Source: Candidatus Izemoplasmatales bacterium (GTDB lineage Bacteria > Bacillota_I > Bacilli_A > Izemoplasmatales > Hujiaoplasmataceae). Taken from it: a DNA stretch of 24,000 bases. The position numbers were made by a program, and so were the translations under genes. Shown here piece by piece: positions 1 to 7,523 of this stretch; position 1 is the stretch's first letter; each line of letters begins with the position of its first letter. Below the pieces are notes generated by a model. That model saw only the letters and a program-made list of their open reading frames with translations. It searched no databases and had not been told where the DNA came from. Location of the stretch: contig JBFXGX010000003.1 in NCBI GenBank assembly GCA_050177605.1, positions 104,593 through 128,592 on the forward strand. Direction: 5' to 3'.

Positions 1-1418
1 TCACTCATCTTTTGTTTTTTATCAATCCGTAATCCTTCAAATAGAAACAAGGCAGTGAAGAAAGAATTGTCCTGCAGTTTCTTCACAGTATTGACGGAAA
101 TATGATTGATTTCTACGCATGCATCTGCTTCTAAGATTGGTGATTCATTATGTGAACTACAACGTTGAAGTTCACGGCTAAACTCAAATATATTCTCTTT
201 TTTGATTTGTAATCCAGCTGCTTGACTATGTCCCCCAAACTTCTCGAGATACTTTTTATTGTTTTCGAGCATTGTAAGGATATTTTCTCCGCCAAAACTA
301 CGCATAGAACCTTTGCCCATACCTTCATCATCTACGGTAATCACCACGGTTGATTTCTGATATTTCTCAGCGATTTTTTGAGCGCAAATTCCAATAACAC
401 CCTCATGAAGTAGTGGTGAATGAATCACGACGACATCATCACTTGGATCGACGAGTTTTTCGCATAGTAAAAACGCTTCTTCCGTTAAATCCTTTCGATT
501 TGCGTGATTTTCCTCAATATGAAGAATGAGATGAGCAACTTCACTTTCAGATTCGCTAACAAGCAATTTAACGGCTTCTTTGGCTCTTCCAAGCCTACCT
601 GAACTATTGATCTTCGGTGCGATTTTAAAAGCGATAGCTGTTTCATTGATGATGTCAAGATGAGAATATTCAATCATCTTTTTTAAGCCTAAATTGAGCG
701 TCTTTTTGAGCGCAATGAGTCCTAAATTAACCATGGCTTGATTTTCATTTTCTAGCGGCATTAAGTCCGCAATGGTCCCAATCATTACTAGATCAAATAA
801 ATCGTCAAGTTCTTTTCCGTGTAATGCGCTCGCTAGTTTGTAGGCTACCATAACACCAGCGATTTCTTTAAAAGGATAATGGCTAGATAATTTTGGATGA
901 ACTAAAGCAAAAGCCTTTGGTAGTTCTTCTTTCACTTCATGATGATCAGTGATAATGGTGTCAATGCCATATTGATTAAGCAATGCAACTTCATCAGTAC
1001 AGGTAATGCCATTATCGACAGTAATGACCAGTTTTACATCTTCTTTGATCATTTTATGACTCGCTTTGAGATTTAATCCATACCCATCCACAAATCGGTC
1101 AGGTAGATCATAACTCACGTTGGCATTTTTCATACGAAGAGCGCGGTATAGGACACTGATGGCGGTAATCCCATCACAATCATAATCACCAAAAATAACA
1201 ATTTTTTCTTGTAGGTTGATTGCTTGATTAATTCTCGCAACTGCTTTTTCCATATCATTGATTAAAAACGGCGAATGAAGGGTTTCTTTCCCCATTGTAA
1301 AGAAATGATCTGGATCGTCAATCCCTCGGTTGGAAAGAATCACTCGATAGATATCTTTATCTTGAATAATACCTGGTGCTTTGGTTCGCCATGTATATTT
1401 TGGTTTTAACACATACAT
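1..1418 (-). CDS. recJ: Single-stranded-DNA-specific exonuclease RecJ (DHH/DHHA1 family), 3' end runs off the window
   Basis: Not in the ORF track because it has no stop inside the window. My translation from ATG 1418-1416 reads MYVLKPKYTWRTKAPGIIQDKDIYRVILSNRGIDDPDHFF... and stays open to position 1 (about 472 codons). DHH motifs are present: IFGDYDCDGITA, ITVDNG, ITDHH. The DHHA1 motif FGGHSQAAG is also present. Confidence 0.85.
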   Translation of the reverse strand, partial: MYVLKPKYTWRTKAPGIIQDKDIYRVILSNRGIDDPDHFFTMGKETLHSPFLINDMEKAVARINQAINLQEKIVIFGDYDCDGITAISVLYRALRMKNANVSYDLPDRFVDGYGLNLKASHKMIKEDVKLVITVDNGITCTDEVALLNQYGIDTIITDHHEVKEELPKAFALVHPKLSSHYPFKEIAGVMVAYKLASALHGKELDDLFDLVMIGTIADLMPLENENQAMVNLGLIALKKTLNLGLKKMIEYSHLDIINETAIAFKIAPKINSSGRLGRAKEAVKLLVSESESEVAHLILHIEENHANRKDLTEEAFLLCEKLVDPSDDVVVIHSPLLHEGVIGICAQKIAEKYQKSTVVITVDDEGMGKGSMRSFGGENILTMLENNKKYLEKFGGHSQAAGLQIKKENIFEFSRELQRCSSHNESPILEADACVEINHISVNTVKKLQDNSFFTALFLFEGLRIDKKQKMS

Positions 1419-1480
1419 CACTCATTTCTGAAAATCTAATTATAACCTAAAAACGTTGTAAATACTAAAGAGTTGTTCTG

Positions 1481-2299
1481 CTACTCAAATTTTAATGAAA
1501 TATCTAGTGAGTGATAAGAGTGTGTTAAGGCACCAACACTAATATAGTCGACACCCACTAAAGCCACATCTTTGATTCGTTCGAGAGTCATATTTCCACT
1601 CGCCTCTAATAATTTTTTACCATGATTGATTGCGACACATTCTTCCATATCAGAAAGCGACATATTATCGAGCATGATAATGTCACAATTAGTGAGTAAC
1701 GCTTCTTCAAACATTGCAATGCTTTCTACTTCAACTTCAATAAGCGTATCTTTAGAAATATTCTTCTTTACTTGATCTACTGCAGACTGAATCGATGAAG
1801 AAGCCTTTAAATGATTGTCTTTTAACATCACCATATCAGAAAGGCTCATTCTGTGATTTTTACCACCGCCATCTACGACTGCTTGTTTTTCAAGAGCGCG
1901 AAGAAGTGGGGTTGTTTTTCTTGTATCGAGTATTTTTGCGTGAGTGTCTTTGATTTCGTTAACGAAAAGTTTTGTTTTTGATGCGACACCTGACATTCGT
2001 TGTAAGAAATTAAGACCGACGCGTTCTGCCATCAAAATCGATTTTGTTTTCCCTTTTACAACGGCTAAAATATCCCCTTTTTTTAGGATTGTGCCATCTT
2101 CGATGAGGACATCAAATGTCACTGTTGGATCGACTTCTAAAAAGACTTGTTCGCAAACATGAATCCCGGATAGAACACCATCTTCTTTGGCAATAAATTT
2201 GCCGGTGGATTCTTGATTACTAAATAAATACATCGAAGAGATATCGCCCTTTGGCATATCTTCTTCAAGGGCTTTTTTAATGAGTTCTTGTGTTGTCAA
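1481..2299 (-). CDS. nadC: Nicotinate-nucleotide (quinolinate) phosphoribosyltransferase, decarboxylating
   Basis: NadC signature stretches are present: TRKTTPLLRALEKQAVVDGGGKNHRMSLSDMVMLKDNH, IEVEVES, IIMLDNM, LEASGNMT and GVDYISVGALTHS. The track start (ATG 2344) overlaps the upstream gene by 41 nt and has no RBS. An in-frame TTG at 2299-2297 sits 8 nt after a perfect GGAGGA and 4 nt after the upstream TAA stop, so I call that the start. Confidence 0.85.
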   Translation of the reverse strand: MTTQELIKKALEEDMPKGDISSMYLFSNQESTGKFIAKEDGVLSGIHVCEQVFLEVDPTVTFDVLIEDGTILKKGDILAVVKGKTKSILMAERVGLNFLQRMSGVASKTKLFVNEIKDTHAKILDTRKTTPLLRALEKQAVVDGGGKNHRMSLSDMVMLKDNHLKASSSIQSAVDQVKKNISKDTLIEVEVESIAMFEEALLTNCDIIMLDNMSLSDMEECVAINHGKKLLEASGNMTLERIKDVALVGVDYISVGALTHSYHSLDISLKFE

Positions 2300-2303
2300 T
2301 TGT

Positions 2304-3395
2304 TTAATCCTCCAAATCAAAGTTGAGTTGTTCTTGGACGCCAACTTTCTTTTCTTTTTTGTATAATTTCACCCATTTGGCACTTCGTCCTTTACCAAGT
2401 GGTCGTATTTTATTTTCTTCTGCTAAACGTTTTAATGTCCGATTAATTGTCGAATCTGAGATTAATGGATGGCGAAGCCTAACATCTTCTTTTGAAAAGA
2501 CTTCAGGTAATTTATCAATTGTATTTTCAATATAATCGGATTTTGAAATCTCAAGATTGGTTTCATATTCATAATCTCTGGCTTTATCAAAGACATTTCG
2601 GTAGATTAAACTAAACTCTTTTAGGATAAAACGCGCTAATGGCATCATTTCAGAAAAGCCTTCGGACCATCCAAATCTTGTTTTATCAAGAACTTGGTGA
2701 AACTCATCAATATGAATGAGTAAGTGTTCAAAGAACGAACTATATTTCATTGCAATCATGCCTTCATCAATCGCAAGAATATAAAAGATCAGGATTCCAA
2801 CAATTTCTTGTTCTTCAAATTTAAAAATATCCATATGAATAAAGTCAACGGTAAAATTGAGATATAAAAAGAAGTTTTCGATTTGTTTTTGTTTTTTGAT
2901 TTCGAGCGTTCTAAGAATCAACTCTTCTAATTGCTCGCGCTTTGAAGTGATTTCAGTTGAGATTAGCGAATGTTTCGTTCTTTCAATCTTTTTATATCCT
3001 AATTTATCTGTTGTGTAATAATCTTTAAATAATAACCTGACAAGGTCATAAATTTCAGTGACATTTAAGTGAAAGGAACTCGTCTCGTTATGATGGATTG
3101 TTTTAAAAATCTCGAGAATGTTTTTATAGAGTTGTTCTTGTCTGTTTTTCGCTACAGTAGAATCTAGTGTAAGTGTTCTCAGCCTTGATTCAGGAATTTT
3201 TAATCCAGAAAAAAAACATTTATAAAAAGAATAAGCTTCACTTAAGATGTTCTTCTCTAAAAAAGTTGCCTTATCACGTGAAAAAAGCGATTCGTAATAA
3301 TCGTTTTTTCCCATCTGGTAATATAATTTTAATGATAACATAAAGACATCATTTGGTACGGGTGTACGGAATATATTATTGATACAATTCATCAT
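2304..3395 (-). CDS. Fic/Fido-fold-like protein with degenerate active-site motif and C-terminal winged-helix DNA-binding domain (hypothetical)
   Basis: The 363-aa layout resembles Fic_N-Fido-wHTH proteins. The N-terminal part has ILSEAYSFYKCFFSG where Fic_N has EAxxSSxIEG. The core has FTVDFIHMDIFKFEEQEIVGILIFYIL where canonical Fic has HxFx(D/E)GNGRxxR; only the His is kept. The C-terminal ISDSTINRTLKRLAEENKIRPLGKGRSAKWVKL matches the typical Fic C-terminal wHTH pattern (S..T..R.L..L......G.GR...Y.L). This is a motif-level call with no database search. Confidence 0.5.
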   Translation of the reverse strand: MMNCINNIFRTPVPNDVFMLSLKLYYQMGKNDYYESLFSRDKATFLEKNILSEAYSFYKCFFSGLKIPESRLRTLTLDSTVAKNRQEQLYKNILEIFKTIHHNETSSFHLNVTEIYDLVRLLFKDYYTTDKLGYKKIERTKHSLISTEITSKREQLEELILRTLEIKKQKQIENFFLYLNFTVDFIHMDIFKFEEQEIVGILIFYILAIDEGMIAMKYSSFFEHLLIHIDEFHQVLDKTRFGWSEGFSEMMPLARFILKEFSLIYRNVFDKARDYEYETNLEISKSDYIENTIDKLPEVFSKEDVRLRHPLISDSTINRTLKRLAEENKIRPLGKGRSAKWVKLYKKEKKVGVQEQLNFDLED

Positions 3396-3411
3396 CTATC
3401 ACCATTTATTA

Positions 3412-3420
3412 ATTATATCA
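3412..3420 (-). promoter_or_regulatory. Putative extended -10 promoter element (TGATATAAT) for the Fic-like/nadC genes
   Basis: The minus strand reads ttTGaTATAATtaataaatGGTGAtagATG. The -35 is weak and the leader would be only about 10 nt. Confidence 0.35.
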
Positions 3421-3441
3421 AATTAAGACCGTTTTGAATTC

Positions 3442-3478
3442 GTTTAGCATAAACTTTTTTATTTTTTTTGTGCTAAAC
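3442..3478. repeat. Perfect 8-bp inverted repeat GTTTAGCA-N21-TGCTAAAC just upstream of the putative Fic-like gene promoter
   Basis: Arms lie at 3442-3449 and 3471-3478. The spacer is an A/T tract (ataaacttttttattttttttg). The repeat lies between the lipoprotein terminator and the -35 region. Confidence 0.6.
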
Positions 3479-3502
3479 ATATTCATGAAGGTCTTTTTGA
3501 GT

Positions 3503-3524
3503 AAAAAAAAACGGCAAAGCCGTT
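3503..3524 (-). terminator. Rho-independent terminator after the lipoprotein gene
   Basis: The minus-strand RNA reads AACGGC-UUU-GCCGUU followed by U9. The stem is at 3511-3515/3519-3523 and the A-run on the plus strand is at 3503-3510. It starts 4 nt after the stop at 3528-3530. Confidence 0.8.
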
Positions 3525-3527
3525 CTT

Positions 3528-4784
3528 TTACTCTACTGTGATTCCATCAAGCAAATAAGTTAAGTCTATCGATTCATTTGTCCAACCAAGTGTGGAAGTA
3601 TAGAACGTATCTTCACTTAACGTTTGAAGCGTGATTGAATCTCCTAAATTTTGATCAAAGTCCGTATTTGAAACAGCATAATAATAAGCATTACTTAGTT
3701 CTGTTGTATCACTATTAAATCCGATAAATGTACTTAGTAACAAGATTTGGTTTTCTTCTTCAATTACATTAAAATCGACTACACTCACGACTTTATCGAC
3801 TGTCGAATGCCAGTCCTCTCCAATGAGCGAACCTATGTAGAGTTGCGCGCCACTCGCTTCGATAGTTGCACTTGCAAAGTTATCATAGATTTGTCCATAT
3901 TGACTATAGCCAATGAATGCGCCAATTGAAGACGATGTGCCATTTGATGTGACTAAGATATCACTGAACACAACATTTCCTTGAATTAAAATCTCTGTGG
4001 TATCGACATAGGTTTCGTAACCGACAAGGATTCCACCATAATGATGCCCTACAAGTCCGCCTACATAAGAGCGATATAAGTCAGAAGTTACATTGATGGT
4101 TGCGTTCACTTCATTAAATAAAATTTCAGAATTGTATGATTTCCCAATAAGTCCTCCTACATAGGAAAAGAATTGGCTATTCACATAAAGGGATCCTGAG
4201 GCATTTGAATTCACCACTTGATTTGGAATGAATTCATCGGCTGTCATTTCTGAAGTAAGATAGGCTGATTGAACTCCGACTAATAAACCGACATAGCTTG
4301 AAGAAGAAGCATTCACAATATTGATTTCTCCACTGACATTGACATTTGTGATATTCGCGGTCGAAGATCCAGCAAGTCCACCAGCATAGGTGACAAAACT
4401 TGTCGTATAATCAATTGAATAATCAGCGATTGTAAGATCATTGATACTACCAGTAACGATTGCAAATAATCCATTATAATCGCTTCCTGAGACTGTAATC
4501 GTCATATTCGAAATGGTGTGACCATTTCCGTTAAATGTACCACTATAGGGTTCTAAATAACTACCTAATGGGCTCCATTCGATGCCAGATAGATCAAGAT
4601 CATTCATTAACTCTATATCCTGTGTCATACCGATTGCTTGCAACTGTGCAACCGTGCTAACTTCTACAGGTTCAGTATTTTGTGTTTCGGTTAAGGTCGT
4701 TGTAACAGTGTCTGCGGTTGTAAGGGAACATCCACTAAGAATCGCGACAAGTCCGAAGACCAGTAGTGTGCTTATTTTTTTCAT
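3528..4784 (-). CDS. Surface lipoprotein with GLUG-motif repeats (adhesin-like)
   Basis: The signal peptide carries a lipobox: MKKISTLLVFGLVAILSG|C. The N-terminal module (QLQAIG...DLDLSGIEWSPLG...GTFNGNGHTISNMTI...YNGLFA) is followed by repeated YAGGLAG, YVGLLVG, YVGGLIG, YVGGLVG, SIGAFIG and YIGSLIG motifs, typical of GLUG-motif proteins. RBS is tAGGAGt, 7 nt before the ATG. Confidence 0.7.
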   Translation of the reverse strand: MKKISTLLVFGLVAILSGCSLTTADTVTTTLTETQNTEPVEVSTVAQLQAIGMTQDIELMNDLDLSGIEWSPLGSYLEPYSGTFNGNGHTISNMTITVSGSDYNGLFAIVTGSINDLTIADYSIDYTTSFVTYAGGLAGSSTANITNVNVSGEINIVNASSSSYVGLLVGVQSAYLTSEMTADEFIPNQVVNSNASGSLYVNSQFFSYVGGLIGKSYNSEILFNEVNATINVTSDLYRSYVGGLVGHHYGGILVGYETYVDTTEILIQGNVVFSDILVTSNGTSSSIGAFIGYSQYGQIYDNFASATIEASGAQLYIGSLIGEDWHSTVDKVVSVVDFNVIEEENQILLLSTFIGFNSDTTELSNAYYYAVSNTDFDQNLGDSITLQTLSEDTFYTSTLGWTNESIDLTYLLDGITVE

Positions 4785-4847
4785 TTATGAACTCCTATCA
4801 TTATTGATTTAAGACTATTTTAAAAGATTTTAGTGTATTTTTTGTGA

Positions 4848-7523
4848 TTAAAACAAGGTTTGTTGAACGATGATTGCGTCCTCATCTTCTTCTTCCTCTT
4901 CTTTTTCTAAAACGACAAATTTCTTTTGTGCTATCTCTTCTTTTGCAGTATCGACTTTTGCCATGTCTTCTTGAATCGCAAGAATCTTTTCAAGTTCTAA
5001 CATTACATCGTTTTGTTCTTCAATAACTTCCTCATCTGCAGGTTGTTCTTTATATAATTTCGCAAGAATGAGATGAGCTTCAAATGGCGTATTTTTATCC
5101 ATCGCAAATCCATAGGGACGTGATTCTTTTTCAAGAACGGGAACACCATGTTCGTATTTATCTGGTTTAAGTTCCTCTCCTGGAATCACAACGTCTCCTT
5201 CTTTTAGAAGAATTCTAAATGTGATGTATTCTTTTAGTCTGAAGACATTTTCAGATAACATACCTATGAATTCATAAGGATTTGTTTTGACGCTCTTAAG
5301 GTAAGGTTTTCCTTTTGCAGGTCGATTCGATAGATCAATATTTGTGGTAAACTCGCGCTTAATCGCGCCGCGGTTTGTTAAGAATAATACTTCATCCTTA
5401 CTAATCGCATTCGCGTATCTAGCACCAACTAATTCGTCCTCTCTTAAATTAATACCTTTCACACCTTTTGCGCTTAAGGATTGAATAGGTACAGTGGTTT
5501 CATCATATTTTACGACATAACCATTTTTAGAGGCTAAGACGACAAAGGTATCATATTTTTCTTTTAAATCAACCGATACTAATGGATTGATTTTCGTCGA
5601 AGGCATCGCACTATACGTTTTAGAAAGACGCGTTTGTTGGAATTCTTGAATCGCGACTTGTTTGATCATTCCGTCTTGATTTGCGAGTAATACGTATCGT
5701 TCTTCCTCAAAATTATCGATGACTTTCATATCAAGAATATCTTCATGATCTTTCAGCCCGGCAAGTGTTCCGATATATTCGCCTAAATCTTTGTATTTCA
5801 TATCAGGGACTTTATAGACTGGAATATTGATGTAATTTCCAAGTGTCGTAAAAACAAGCAAGGTATCCCGAGTGTTTAGGACTTGTTGTTTTAAAATGAC
5901 ATCATCTTGTTTTAATCCTGTTGTCCCATTGGATGCTTGGAATGATTTTAATGATACTCGCTTAATGTAGCCATCTTGACTGAGTACAACGAGAACATTT
6001 TCATTTTGAATTAATTCTTGTTCATCAATCTCAAGTTTTTTAATTTCATCCTTGATGACACTTTTTCTTGGGGTTGGTAAAAGTGTGATTAATTCAGTCA
6101 TTTCTTTGATAATCACTTTTTCGAGTTCAGCTTCATTATTTAAAATTTTGTTTAGCTGATTGATTAATTTTTGTAATTCAGTGTGTTCCTTTTTCATCTC
6201 TTCGACATCGGTGGATGAAAGTCGATATAATTGCAAGCTAACGATGGCGTCGGCTTGTGTTTCTGTGAATCCAAACAGCGACATAATCCGTTCAATCGAG
6301 TCTTTTTTTCCGAAAGAAGCACGAATGGTTTGAATAACTTCATCAAGAACATCAACCATTTTTAAGAAGCCTTCAACGATGTGACTTCTTTTTTCTGCTC
6401 TTCGAAGTTCATAATTCGAACGGTTTCTGATGACTTCTTTTTGATGTTGTATATAGGAATCTAAAATTTCGACCAAACTTAAGAGTTTTGGGCTCTTTTG
6501 ATCAATCGCAACCATATTATAATTATAAGAAACACTTAAATCTGTATTTTTTAGTAAATATGCTAAAACAACCTCAGATGAGATTTCTTTTTTAATATCA
6601 ACGACAATTCTTAATCCTTCACGGTCTGATTCATCACGAACTTCAATAATTCCATCAATTTTTTTCTTTAGTCGAATATCATCAATCTTACGAACAAGAT
6701 CAGCTTTATTGACTTCATAAGGTATTTCAGTAACGATTAACTGCGTCTCAGTAACGTCGACTTTACTTCGGATAATCACTCGTCCTCGTCCAGTTTCAAA
6801 CGCCCTTTTGATTTCATCGGTACCTTCGACAATCGCACCAGTAGGAAAATCTGGTCCTTGAATGATGCTACATAAATCATCAATCGTACAAAGTGGATTT
6901 TGAATACGGTATACAGTGGCTAGGATCACCTCTTCAAAATTATGAGGAGGAATATTTGTCGCATAACCCGTTGCCATTCCCATCGCTCCATTGACAAGGA
7001 TATTCGGAAATTTTGCTGGTAAAACAACTGGTTCATATTCTTCGTCGTCAAAGTTAGGGATAAAGTTCACAGTTCTTTTATCAATGTCTCTTAATAATTG
7101 TTCTGCATAGGGGCTAAGACGAGCCTCGGTATAACGCATTGCCGCAGCTGGATCATTATCGATTGATCCATTGTTTCCATGCATATCAATGAGGAGTGTT
7201 CCCATTTTCCAGTTTTGAGACATTCTCACCATCGCATCATAGACTGATGTATCTCCATGTGGATGATATTTGCCGATGACTTCGCCAACAATTCTAGCAC
7301 TTTTTTTATAAGGTTTTGTCGATGTAATTCCTAAGACTTGCATTGCATATAATATCCGGCGTTGAACCGGTTTTAATCCATCGCGCACATCAGGAAGTGC
7401 ACGGTCTTGAATAATGTATTTTGAATATTTACCAAAACGGTCACCGACGATGGTTTCAAGATTTTCTTTTAAAATCTTTTCCTCGACGAAAACATCAATT
7501 TTAGCCTTCGTACTTTTCGCCAT
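4848..7523 (-). CDS. parC: DNA topoisomerase IV subunit A (ParC), with C-terminal extension and acidic tail
   Basis: The N-terminus GDRFGKYSKYIIQDRALPDVRDGLKPVQRRILYAM is the Gram-positive ParC/GrlA pattern. The QRDR reads YHPHGDTSVYDAMVRMSQNWK. I see no GyrA-box (QRRGGKG). Synteny with a divergent plsY matches B. subtilis and streptococcal parEC. At 891 aa it is longer than the roughly 800-820 aa typical of Firmicute ParC, and it ends in EKEEEEEDEDAIIVQQTLF. Confidence 0.8.
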   Translation of the reverse strand: MAKSTKAKIDVFVEEKILKENLETIVGDRFGKYSKYIIQDRALPDVRDGLKPVQRRILYAMQVLGITSTKPYKKSARIVGEVIGKYHPHGDTSVYDAMVRMSQNWKMGTLLIDMHGNNGSIDNDPAAAMRYTEARLSPYAEQLLRDIDKRTVNFIPNFDDEEYEPVVLPAKFPNILVNGAMGMATGYATNIPPHNFEEVILATVYRIQNPLCTIDDLCSIIQGPDFPTGAIVEGTDEIKRAFETGRGRVIIRSKVDVTETQLIVTEIPYEVNKADLVRKIDDIRLKKKIDGIIEVRDESDREGLRIVVDIKKEISSEVVLAYLLKNTDLSVSYNYNMVAIDQKSPKLLSLVEILDSYIQHQKEVIRNRSNYELRRAEKRSHIVEGFLKMVDVLDEVIQTIRASFGKKDSIERIMSLFGFTETQADAIVSLQLYRLSSTDVEEMKKEHTELQKLINQLNKILNNEAELEKVIIKEMTELITLLPTPRKSVIKDEIKKLEIDEQELIQNENVLVVLSQDGYIKRVSLKSFQASNGTTGLKQDDVILKQQVLNTRDTLLVFTTLGNYINIPVYKVPDMKYKDLGEYIGTLAGLKDHEDILDMKVIDNFEEERYVLLANQDGMIKQVAIQEFQQTRLSKTYSAMPSTKINPLVSVDLKEKYDTFVVLASKNGYVVKYDETTVPIQSLSAKGVKGINLREDELVGARYANAISKDEVLFLTNRGAIKREFTTNIDLSNRPAKGKPYLKSVKTNPYEFIGMLSENVFRLKEYITFRILLKEGDVVIPGEELKPDKYEHGVPVLEKESRPYGFAMDKNTPFEAHLILAKLYKEQPADEEVIEEQNDVMLELEKILAIQEDMAKVDTAKEEIAQKKFVVLEKEEEEEDEDAIIVQQTLF

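Noticed and set aside
131-673. Track ORFs 131-331 and 485-673 on the minus strand
   Set aside because: Both are off-frame fragments inside the recJ coding region, whose true frame is open from 1418 to the window edge.
1419-1480. Internal promoter or terminator between nadC and recJ
   Set aside because: A TATAAT hexamer is present (minus strand, ggtTATAATtag). It has no acceptable -35 or TG extension at proper spacing, and there is no hairpin. The evidence is insufficient, and co-transcription is equally likely.
1944-2162. Plus-strand ORFs of 60-88 aa antisense to annotated genes (1944-2162, 2323-2535, 3747-3929, 4582-4812, 8932-9114, 12626-12814, 13300-13494, 14408-14605, 14677-14901, 17310-17492, 18052-18285, 19056-19271, 19736-20002, 22265-22459)
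   Set aside because: All are antisense shadows of strongly supported minus-strand genes. They lack a Shine-Dalgarno sequence and promoter context and have no recognisable domains.
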